From Octopus vulgaris (lineage: Eukaryota), in assembly GCA_951406725.2 (NCBI GenBank), contig OX597824.1, positions 44,392,001-44,456,000 of the forward strand: a DNA stretch of 64,000 nucleotides, written 5' to 3'. Below the pieces are notes generated by a model, which was not told the DNA's origin, made no database searches, and was given only the letters and a program-made list of their open reading frames with translations. A program made the translations under genes and the position numbers. Below, piece after piece: positions 39,421-52,987 of the stretch (position 1 is its first letter; each line of letters starts with the position of its first letter).

Positions 39421-40041
39421 ATTCAATAGCACAACTCAAACAGCTTAATCTCTGCATAAAAATACAAAACACAGTTCATACAACCTAATAAAATAATACA
39501 ACTTACATAGGACCTGCTCCATACAATCATCATCCAATGCCATTCTTCATACAAACACCACCACTCAATGAAAGAACACAAAACATACAATACATACTTC
39601 ATAAAAGCACCATCCAACAACACAACTTAGGTAAAACATATTCTACATGCTCACAACTCAATAAATTAGAGTCCTTATGCAGTCACTTTCTCAGCTAGAA
39701 TTAGCAGGTAAATCTTGCTTAAACCACACACTGGAAAAAAATGTGCTCTTATATACACACTATGTCTAAAAAAAAAGAAAGGAGGGTCATGGCTGGAAGA
39801 CCTTTGATCATAGGTCTTTATTTAAGGATGGCTTGAACTAAACAACAAATTGTATATGCAACACTAGCTCTTACATAGTTGACACCAAATACTATAACAA
39901 TACTATAACAATAACAACTGACACAACTGACATCCACAACAATCACCTAACATTGCAACATATAGAACAATTCACACAACACATAGCGAAAACAATTGTT
40001 GGCATTATCTGAGTAGTTAATCTGTAGTGAGTGGAACCTAC

Positions 40042-40081
40042 TTGTCCTAATGGGTGCAAAGGGTGCCAGTGCCTGCTGTGG
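40042..40081 (-). CDS. Candidate 40-nt exon (PQQALAPFAPIRT in phase 0, or HSRHWHPLHPLGQ in phase 2)
   Basis: gtttatttctgtaacag|...ggacaa|gtaggt; a GC-richer island in unique sequence. Confidence 0.4.
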
Positions 40082-40697
40082 CTGTTACAGAAATAAACAC
40101 CACCCTATGTGTATAACCATGCATACATGCATTTATGTATGAAGACCTATTCTTACAATAGAAGAGAGTCATAGTTTTAATGGATTGGATCGTAGGTTTG
40201 CTCACTCAGGATTGATATGAGGCAAAAACAACAACAACAACAACAACTACAACAAGAGATCTGCTCAGCAGCCTCATTTTGTTTTACATGCAGTAGGAGG
40301 TGTTTGACTTCGAGCCTCTGGGTTAGTGACAACCAAGCAAAATATTTGAGTGTGGAGAGGATAGATCCAAAGAGACCAGATGAATAATAGGAACCCCTAA
40401 ATAATTATCTAAAAGCTTACAAGGTGGGTGGGTAGGGAGAATGGAGACAGACAAAAGAAGTTGTCAATCTTGAACAATAGGGAGGAAAGAAATACAGAAA
40501 AAATTAGGGTCTAGACCATTTGATTACAGACACAAAGTGGAGAAAGATTTAGAAAGTTTCATTAGGTAGCTATTTCACTGATATCTTAGAATAAGGAAAG
40601 TCAGCAATTTTTTAAGCAGAATATGATTAAAGCAATTATATAATTACTACTGCTGTTGTTGTGATTGTTGTTGTTATCATCATCATCATTATTAATA

Positions 40698-42090
40698 TAA
40701 GGCAGTGAACTGGCAGAATTGTTACTGCATTAGGCAAAATGCTTAGCGGCATTCCATCTGTCTTTATGTTCTGAGTACAAATTCTGCTGAGGTCACCTTT
40801 GCCTTTCATCCTTTTAGGGTCAATGAAATAAGTACTAGTTGATAACTGGGGCCAATTTAATCAAACTGGAACTCTTACCAGGCCTTGTCCCTATAGTAGA
40901 AAGGATTATTATCATTATTAAGGGTGATGGAAAATTGTTGGAATGTTGGACAGAATGAATGCCCAGCAATATTTAGTTAGGACTCTTTATGTTCTGAGTT
41001 CAAATCATGCGTTTCAAATTTGTGTTTCATCTTTTTGAAGACGATAAAATAAAGTGCCAGTCAAGTATAGAGACTGATTTTATTGACAAATTTCATTACT
41101 TAAAAACTGCTGGCCTTGTGCTTTATTATTATTTTGAGCTGACAACGTGTCATCAATAATGACCACTAATTGTAGTATTTTATAAATAAATAAGGTACAT
41201 AATAATCACACATACAAACATTCACATACTTCCCTTGTACACACACACATACACACATAGAATTGAAATGCTGATTTTTTTCGCCCCTTTCTTCCTTATT
41301 CATCTATCACCCCTTCCTTTCTCTCATTGCTATTATTTTCTCTCACTCCCTCACAGCCAGGGCTATTACTCTCACTACTTCTCCTTCGCTGAATTACTAT
41401 TTTCTCTCCTCTGCGTCCGATGTGATTCTAGACAAATATATAAAAACTCTACGCTCATTATTATATTAGGAGATTATTAAGGCAGCGAGCTGGCAGAATT
41501 GTTACCGTGCTCAGTGGCATGTCTTTATGTTCTGAGTTCAAATTCCACTGAGGTTGACTTTGCCTTTCACCCTTTCAGGGTTGATAAAATAAGTACCAGT
41601 CAATGTCATTGGCTTACTCTCTCTGCTGAAATTTTAAACCATTATCATTATTAAGGTAGCAAGCTGGCAGAATCATTAGCACACTGGGCAAAATGCTTAG
41701 CAGCATTTTTTGCGTCTTTATGTTCTGAGTTCAAATTCTGCTGGGGTCGACTTTGCTTTTCATCCTTTTGGGGGGTCGATAAAATTAGTACCAGTTGAGT
41801 AGTGGGGTCAATGTAATCGACTAGCCCATTCCTCTGAAATTTCAGGCCTTGTGCCTATAGTAGAAAGGATTATTATTAATATTAAGGTGGTGAGCTGACA
41901 AAACCACTTATTTGAGTGTTGAACAAAATGCTTAGTGACATTTCTTCTGACTTATTATATTTTGTGTTCAAATTTCACTTTGACTTTCTTCCTTCTGGGG
42001 CCGATAAAATAAAGTACCAGTCATGTACTGGGATCAATGTAAAATTGATCATAAAATTGCTGGCCTCATGCCAAAATTTGAAACCATTTT
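40698..42090 (+). mobile_element. Cluster of five same-orientation family-A SINEs
   Basis: Units start taagg(c/t)(a/g)g... at ~40698, 40919, 41478, 41652 and 41884; each contains ttctgagttcaaat/gataaaataagtaccag-like blocks and ends in (TTA)n. Confidence 0.85.
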
Positions 42091-43192
42091 TAATATTATT
42101 ATTTCTGATCTAGGCACAAAAACGATGCTCTCATGATTCCACAAGCTTGCCACTTTCACCCCATTCACATTTACTACAACAGTGTTCCAACGAATCTGTG
42201 GCTTTGTAAAAACAGAAAAAATATTACTTTGGTACATTCGACAGATCATTGCATAAGATATACTTTGCTGTAATTCCGTTTTTGAAATTAGTCCTTGAAG
42301 TACAAATAAAGCTATAAATAATAACATGTAAATGTCCCACAGGGCCTTTTACTATCCAAAAAGTGATTTTCAACCCAAAATTTACATGCTATTATTTATA
42401 GATTTACATGTACTTCGAGAACCAATTCCATGCAAGAATTATTTCATGTTCTCTCAAAAGTTTATAAATTTTTATGTCAACAATATATCTTGAATTGAGT
42501 TACATGCCTTGATCTTACTGAGTTTAAATGCTGTGGAAGTTGATCTGACTTGTCACATTTCTGTCAATGAAATGAACACCAGTTAAGTACTGAGGCTAAT
42601 AAACTCAAATGTACCCCATTCTCTAAAACTTAAAAGCTCAGGCTAACACTAGAAATGATATTTATTATGCTATATGAGGTCTTCTAGCAGAAGTGATAGA
42701 GTGTTGGACTAAGTATATATAAAAGTTTTGTTCCTTAACATTCTTCTGTGTTCAACTTTGTTATTCATTGCTCTGGAGGAATGAAATAACCAGTCAAGTA
42801 CTGAAATCAATTCAAATAACTAAACCCTAATCCTTAAACTTTATGTTCTTTTTTGTTAGAAATCAACATCACAACTATTATTTTCAGAAACAGACTTTAA
42901 AGTAGTAGTAGTAGTAGTAGTAGTAATTGTTGTAGTAGTAGTAGTAGTAGTAGTAGTAGAAGTAGTAGTAATTGTAGTAGTAGTAGTAGTAGCAGCAGCA
43001 GCAGCAGCAGCAAGCTAGAAGCTTTCCATTTACACTGCTAATACTTTGGGGAAAGTTCTGATGTCAAACTTCCAATTTGCCTCTCTCTCCAACTCAACTG
43101 CTTCAACCAAATTAAGAAATCAGTTTTATGACAGCACAGAAAATAGATGTAAAATATTTATTGTTCACACACCTGTACAATTACACACTCAC

Positions 43193-43225
43193 ACGTACAT
43201 CGTTTTGAGAAGTTTACTTGTTTGT
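43193..43225 (-). CDS. Candidate symmetric 33-nt exon (QTSKLLKTMY) or ATG-bearing first exon
   Basis: gttaatttcag|acaaacaagtaaacttctcaaaacgATGtacgt|gtgagt; 3n length, CpGs retained. Confidence 0.35.
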
Positions 43226-43564
43226 CTGAAATTAACTTACAGCACTGTCACATCTAGCTTGGCACACTCACTTTACTTTGTATTTATATATATTTCTCTT
43301 GAGTAATTTCATTGAGTATAAATATGTCCAACATAATGTTTGTTCTAGGTTTACACCATAAATAATCTTAGAAGCCTATTTTTATCACAAACTAATGCTG
43401 AGCATTGATCAAAATCTACACTAGTGGAGCACATTAAAGTTGTGGCTGTGTGGTAAGAAGCTTGCTTCTCAGTTATGTGGTCTTGCAATACAGATACACT
43501 GCACAGCATCTAGGGCAAGTATCTGCAACTTTAGCTCCACATCAACCAAAGCTTTGAAAAGACT

Positions 43565-43878
43565 GAGTGAAGAGTGGTTGTGCTTTCAACTTTATCTTCA
43601 CTAAGCATGTAACTTCATTAGATAAAGTTTGGCAAAGATTTGAATTTGATTAAAGTATAGTTGATCCAAGAGAACAAGTTTGATTTGTGAACATGTATTC
43701 TGAAGCAAACTATTTATATATATTCTAGCAAAGACTCTCTCTCTCTCCATGTTCACAAAGGGAACTTATTCACTTGGATCAGTTATATCTTAATCAAAAT
43801 CAAATCTTTGCCCTACTTAATCTAATCAAGTTATATGCTTGGTGAAGATAAAGTTGAAAACATAACCAATCCTCATTC
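43565..43878. repeat. Fold-back element/MITE with ~130-bp inverted arms
   Basis: 43565-43695 is the imperfect reverse complement of 43748-43878 (e.g. tttcaactttatcttcac / gtgaagataaagttgaaa). Confidence 0.9.
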
Positions 43879-44269
43879 TGTGAATGCAGGAAGCTACTTT
43901 AAACATCTGGGTCCTTTAAACAGTATGTGTGTGTGTGTGTGTCAACTCATCTACAACTGCTGAAATTTTACCAAATGCCCACTGAGAGGATCCTGTCACT
44001 TAAAGGTTGTAGTTTATAAACACTGTCCAATAGTATCACAAGACACTACACAGACATGGACTCCTTAAATTTCTGGGATAGGGAAACCTCCATCTCCCTG
44101 TCCTACTGCATTGGGTGACACTATGACCAACAAAATAACTACTGCAACATCAAATGAAGGATTCTTGAAAAGGCCCCGCCCTTCTCATGTAAAGTTTACA
44201 AATGCCAGCTCTGTCTCTATGAGAAACTACACAGTATCCATCAGTAAAAAGAATGAACTAACTTGTTAC

Positions 44270-44825
44270 AACTATTGTATGATGTCAAAACAAGGTGACA
44301 CAAACATACATCCACTCACGCACTCATACCTATACACAATGGGCTTCTTTCAGTTTTCATCTACCAAATCCACTCACATGCTTTGATTGGCTAAGCACTA
44401 TAGGAGATACTTATTCAAGGTATCATGCAGTGGGACAAACATCTACAGCATGTGGTTGGGAAGTGCACACCTGTACCTGTGTGTGTATATTCTTTTATTG
44501 TTTTACTTGTTTCAGTCATTTGACTGCGGCCATGCAGGTGCACCATCTTGAAGTGTTTTAGTTGAACAAATTGACTCCAGGACTATTGGGCTCTTTTGCT
44601 GAACTGCTATGTCATGGGGACGTCAACACACCAGCACCGGTTGTCAAGTCGTGATGGAGGGATAAACACACATACACATACATATATATATATGATGGCC
44701 TTCTTTTGCTTTTCGTCTACCAAATATACTGATGAGGCTTTTGTTGACCCGAGGCTATAGTAGAAGACACTTGCCCAAGGTGCCATGTGGTTGAGAAGCA
44801 AGCTTCTTACCACACAGCCACGACT
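44270..44825 (-). mobile_element. Two adjacent family-B SINE copies
   Basis: Head fragment at 44270-44470 and an internally deleted full copy at 44490-44825. Confidence 0.75.
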
Positions 44826-44833
44826 ATGGCTAT

Positions 44834-44865
<32 letters not shown>

Positions 44866-44984
44866 TTATAAATACACACACACACACACAGCTGAATTAG
44901 GTACATAAGTGGAAGCACCAAGTCAGTCCAGTATTATCCGCAGAGGATAATACTGGACTTATTAAGGTTAATAAAATAAAAATA

Positions 44985-45330
44985 ATAATAATAATAATAA
45001 TAATAATGAAATTATTGTATACAGTGCTCAGGTGCACCACAACTTGTCAGAAAGTGCATATAAAGTACATGCAGTAATGTAGAAATGTCTGGAAAGCGAA
45101 CAATGTATGAGTCAGATACATGCTTGATGTGTGTATGGAGGGGAGAAAATCAAGTGTAGTGTTGGCGAATCTCAGGAAACATGGAAGTTTTGAAGGATGC
45201 AGTGCTCCGACAACTAACAACTGATGCCGGCAGTTTGTTCCATGCTTCAGCAACTCTCAGCGTGAAAAAATGTTTCCTGAAGTCATGGGAGCTGTGCTAT
45301 TTTCTTACTTTGTAAATATGTCCACGGGTG
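44985..45330 (-). mobile_element. CR1 LINE 3' end with (TTA)n tail
   Basis: TRGHIYKVRK*HSSHDFRKHFFTLRVAEAWNKLPASVV. The tail gtgcacctgagcactgta is also present alone at 19880-19925. Confidence 0.85.
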
Positions 45331-45357
45331 GATAAGTAACAAGATATCAAGTAATAA

Positions 45358-45444
45358 TGCAGTACAACTGTTTCATGTAGCTCCATTTAATTGAACAATG
45401 CAATCATTACATCAATTTAAATTACAGCACTATCTTCAGCTGCA
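45358..45444 (-). ncRNA. Type I hammerhead motif with intact core and long stem II
   Basis: tgcag-CTGAAGA-tag...cta-cat-GAAAC AGTT GTA-ctgca; the sister copy at 47708-47793 (+) has a mutated core. Confidence 0.65.
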
Positions 45445-45468
45445 CAAATATGGATTTTTAACAGACAC

Positions 45469-46345
45469 CATCATCATCATCATCATCGTTTAGCATCCGC
45501 TTTCCATGCTAGCATGGGTTGGACGGTTCAACTGGGGTCTGTGAAGCCAGAAGGCTTCATCAGGCCTAGTCAGATCTGGCAGTGTTTCTACGGCTGGATG
45601 CCCTTCCTAACGCCAACCACTCCGTGAGTGTAGTGGGTGCTTTTTATGTGCCACCCGCACAGGTGCCAGACAGCTGGCAAACTGCCACGAACGGATGGTG
45701 CTTTTTATGTGCCACCGGCACGGGGGCCAGGTGAGGCTGGCAACGGACACGAACGGATGGTGCTTTTTACGTGCCACCGGCACGAGGCCAGTCAGGGCGG
45801 CGCTGGCAATGGTCACGAACGGATGGTTCTCTTACATGCCACCGGCACTGGTAACACATCTGCAATTTCCATTGATCCTCACTTGCCTCAACAGGTCTTC
45901 ACAAGTAGAGTTTTGTGTCCCAAGAAGGGAAGGTATGCATACGTAGGCTGGCTCCATCCCAAGTAGAAGGCCATGGGTTATGGACTCACTTGTCCTGCCG
46001 GGTCTTCTCGCGCACAGCACACTTCCAGAGGTCTCAGTCTCTAGTCATTTCCTCAGTGAGACCTAAAGTTCGAAGGTTGTGCTTCACCACCTCATCCCAG
46101 GTTTTCCTGGGTCTGCCTCTTCCGCAGGTTCCCTCAACCGCTAGTGTGTGGCACTTTTTCACACAACTATCTTCATCCATTCTCGCCACATGCCCATACC
46201 AGCGCAAACATCTCTCTTGCACACCACAACTGATGCTTCTTAGGTCCAGCTTTTCTCTCAAGGTACTTACACTCTGCCGAGTATGAGTACTGACATTACA
46301 CATCCATCGGAGCATACTGGCTTCATTTCTTGCGAGCTTACGCAT
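45469..46345 (-). mobile_element. RTE LINE, 5'-truncated
   Basis: ORF 46034-46345 (RNEASMLRWMC, LRWYGHVARM, GRGRPRKTW); 3' UTR with ~60-bp tandem units; (GAT)n tail. Confidence 0.93.
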
Positions 46346-47931
46346 TAATATAATTTTTCTTAATTTAGCAAAGCAAGAGGAAGGAAGTATTTCATGTTGT
46401 TACTATTGTAGCAAGAATAGCTGAGAGAACAAAACTACAATTGTTTTTTTTTTATTTTCCTTCTCTGAATTTCTACCCTATCAGTCATATTAAATATATT
46501 TGTAATGATATTGAGATAGTAAGTCTCCCTTGACTAACCCTTATACCCACTAAGAACTATACAATCATACATACAATAGCACTGTAATATTATAACTTAC
46601 AAAACCACTTTGGTATGAATACCTTAAACTGTCCTCATTATTTCCATACCTATTATCCCTTTTTAAGTTACCTTTATATTTTCTTGCTTTTAATTTTAAT
46701 CCCCGGTCTGTTGCATCTTCTCTTCACATATATGTAGGTTAAGATGTGGCTGAAAATGGTTCCTAAATTGATATTTTCCAGTTACTTATATTTACACCAA
46801 ATAATTACACTATACTTTTTATGTAAGTGTATGTATATATACATACACACACATATATATATTTTTTCTCTAGTTTCAGCTCAGAGCTGCGGCCATGCTG
46901 ATGCACATATATATAAATCCCTTTTTGTATATGTATCTGTATGCCTTATTTTTATACTATTACACCTACTTATATCAGTACACATTTTTTCTTGTATACT
47001 TTTTCCAGATAAATTCCATATGTAAGTGGTTTGAGTGGTCTTTATAGTGACCACCTTATAATTTATTAAATAAACATGAATTATTAAGTTGATTCTACAT
47101 AATAGTAATCTTTTTAATGTTTAAATTGATCTATAAACCCCTTTTAGCTAACTTGGTTATGATATCTCTTTCTAAAATTTCTTTTTTAAATTTTATTTTT
47201 ATACAACATAATAATATTGTTTATAAACAGTCTCCCACTGAACCCCTAATATTTTCCTGGACTCATTGTAGCATCCTAAGTTTTCAGTGTTTGAACCTTT
47301 AACAGGTAACAACATCATGAATTAATGTCAAACTTACCCTACCTCTTTTATAGACATTTACTAATTGACTCTTTCTAAAGTTTGTTTTTTCTTGTGGGCT
47401 GCTGGGGGGGGGGGTCTGTGATAGTATGAAATTTATAACCAACAGCCAGTGATGAGCTGTCAACTCGCTTTGCTCTTTATTCTAAATAAGTCTTCTAGTC
47501 TTAGATTTTTGTTGATGATAAGGAGATAGATAAATTGGAAATGAATTACAACCATGTGTCCCATGTCACTCTAAAAATTGTAGTTTTGTTCTTCTCTTAG
47601 CTATTCTTGCTACAATAATGACATGAAATTCTTCTATCTTCTTGCTCTGATAAAATATTTAAGAAAAATCATATCAATATATCTTGTCTGTTGAAGATCC
47701 ATATTTGTTCAGTTGAAAATAGCACTGTATTTAAATTGATATAATGATTCCATTGTTCAATTAAATGGAGTTGCTTGAAACAGTCGTACTGCATTACTAC
47801 TTGACATCCTGTTATTTTGATTATATATATATATATAGACAGATAGATAGATAGATACACACACACGCACACACACACACATATATATATATAGAGAGAG
47901 AAAGATAGATAGATAGAGATATATACATATG

Positions 47932-47980
<49 letters not shown>

Positions 47981-48213
47981 TTAATAGCAATAATCCGTAG
48001 CTGGAATTTATAAACATTTAATGCGCATGTGTGTGTTTTCTTTTAAAGTTTATAAATTCCATCCAAGGATTATTGTTATTATTACTATATTTATCCTACA
48101 TTATATCAGTACACCTTGATGCAACCTCAAAAAGTGGTTTGCTGGCCAGCATCATTAGATTGTTGCCAGCATAATGGAAGAGGAGCTTTATTTGCATATT
48201 CAAAATTGAAAAG

Positions 48214-48288
<75 letters not shown>

Positions 48289-48734
48289 GTATGTATGTGT
48301 TTGTGTGTACTGGCATTCTTTTAAAGTCCACTTTTCATGCTTGCATGAGTCAGACAGAATTCCTCGAGGTAGATTATTTATAGGTGGATGACATTCTTAC
48401 CACCAACCCTCACTTGTTTCCTAGCATGGTGATATTTCCCCATTTCATGGAATATTAAAAATGAATGACATTGTTTGCATGACAATGACACTCCTTTATG
48501 ACTATCATGTGATGTTAAGAGAAGACAAAAACACATATAGATATACACAGACACACACATACACACACATACATTGGGCTTCTTCCAGTTTGTGTTTACT
48601 TAAATCCACTGATAGGGGCTTGGGCAACTTGGACTTATTGTCTGAGGTGCCATTCAGTTGAGCTCAACCTGAAATCATGTGATAAATAAGTGAACTTCTT
48701 AACCACAGAGATATGCCTCTATCATATACATCTA

Positions 48735-51470
<2,736 letters not shown>

Positions 51471-51558
51471 ATATATATAATAATAATAATATTAGAGAGT
51501 AAATCCAAACTTACAGGGAAAAATTAGATTTAGGATTAAATCCAATTTTACAGTATAA

Positions 51559-52080
51559 ATATATATATTAAATTAGAGAGATAAAACCACTATTAGGCAA
51601 ATCAAACAGTGAAAAACATAAACCAAAACATAGAAATAAAATTAATTAATATAACATACAAAATATATAAAATATAAAATTCAAAATTTAAATTATTTAA
51701 ATTTAAAGTTAGAATTTAAAAATGTTTTTTAAATTATTAATTTATACTTATAAATTTATATATATATATATATATATATATAGGTAAACAGTAAAAATAA
51801 TTACAGACATGGACAAGAACATGAAACGCCACAGAGACGACACAAGAACCACAGGACGGGACATTCGAAGCCCTCAGTCATCAGTCAAGAACCAGATCAT
51901 CTTAGCAATTTCGGCTGATTATATATATATATATATATTTTATTATTTTTATTTTTATTATTATTATTATTTTTTTTTTTTAAATATTATATTAATTAAT
52001 TTTATTTCTATGTTTTGGTTTATGTTTTTCACTGTTTGATTTGCCTAATAGTGGTTTTATCTCTAATTTAATATATATAT
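51559..52080. repeat. Near-perfect ~95-bp inverted repeat enclosing a permuted hammerhead-like motif
   Basis: 51559-51654 versus 51987-52080; same AT-rich family as 14910-15060. Confidence 0.9.
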
Positions 52081-52445
52081 ATATGTCTTTATAGAAAGAA
52101 GTTGTTCTTTTTTAGGGATATATTATTTGAGCATATGATAGTTTTGCACAAATATCAATTAATGATACTGGAAATTTTTCATGTGTATATGTACTAGTGT
52201 TTATCATTGGTTTTTCTTCAATATTAGTACTTTACACATCTGAAATTCCAGTTGTTGCTACGGAGATTTCCATGATTTTCGATATAGGAGAAAAGTTTAA
52301 AAATGCAAAGAAATCAGAGAATACATACATAGAGTAATCAATTTATTACCATAGTCCAGTCAAGTTAACAAGTCCATTATTATTGCCTATGGTGCATTTT
52401 GGCTGATTGCTATTATTCAATATTTGCACTTTTAATATGCATTAT

Positions 52446-52987
52446 CATCATCATCATCATCATCATCGTTTAACGTCCGCTTTCCGCGCTAGCACGGGTT
52501 GGACGGTTTGACCGGGTCTGGGAAGCCAGGGGCCGCACCAGGCTCCAGTCTGAATCTGGCAGAGTTTCTACGGCTGGATGCCCTTCCTAACGCCAACCAC
52601 TCCGTGAGTGGATTGGGTGCTTTTTACGTGCCACCTGCACAGGGGCCGGAGGGTCCGGCATCGTCACGATCGGTTCGAGCATTTTAACGTGTCAGCGGCA
52701 CGGGGGCAACGAGGTCCGGGGTACTTTGGGGATCGGGGTACTTTGGGGATCCAGGGTACTTTGGGGATCCGGGGTACTTAGAATGGGTAGGGGGTATGTG
52801 GAATTGCTGCAGAAAGCAGCCCGGGTCTTTGTAGTCACAGCATTTATCGTCACTGAGTAACGTAATTAGGTAGAGGAAAGAAATACAGATATTCTAGAGT
52901 TGAGTTGGGGAGGGGGGGGTCCAGTTGAGGCGGGTAATATAGGGGAGCAACCAGTGGGGAAGGTTGGGGTAAGGAGGAACGATGGCC
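52446..52987 (-). mobile_element. RTE-tailed element (3' UTR variant) with a 19-bp tandem repeat
   Basis: (CAT)n tail and RTE terminus; ggggtactttggggatcc units at 52715-52780. Confidence 0.8.

Larger units (their letters stand above)
45335..47820 (-). mobile_element. Penelope-like relic with inverted terminal repeats; left arm split by an RTE
   Basis: 45335-45467 plus 46346-46445 is the reverse complement of 47575-47820. Both arms carry a hammerhead motif. The interior is an AT-rich decayed ORF. Confidence 0.7.

Noticed and set aside
45640-45850. CRISPR-like repeat/spacer pattern (also 50600-50800 and 52715-52780)
   Set aside because: The intervening segments resemble each other and lie in RTE 3' UTRs; eukaryotic context, no cas genes.
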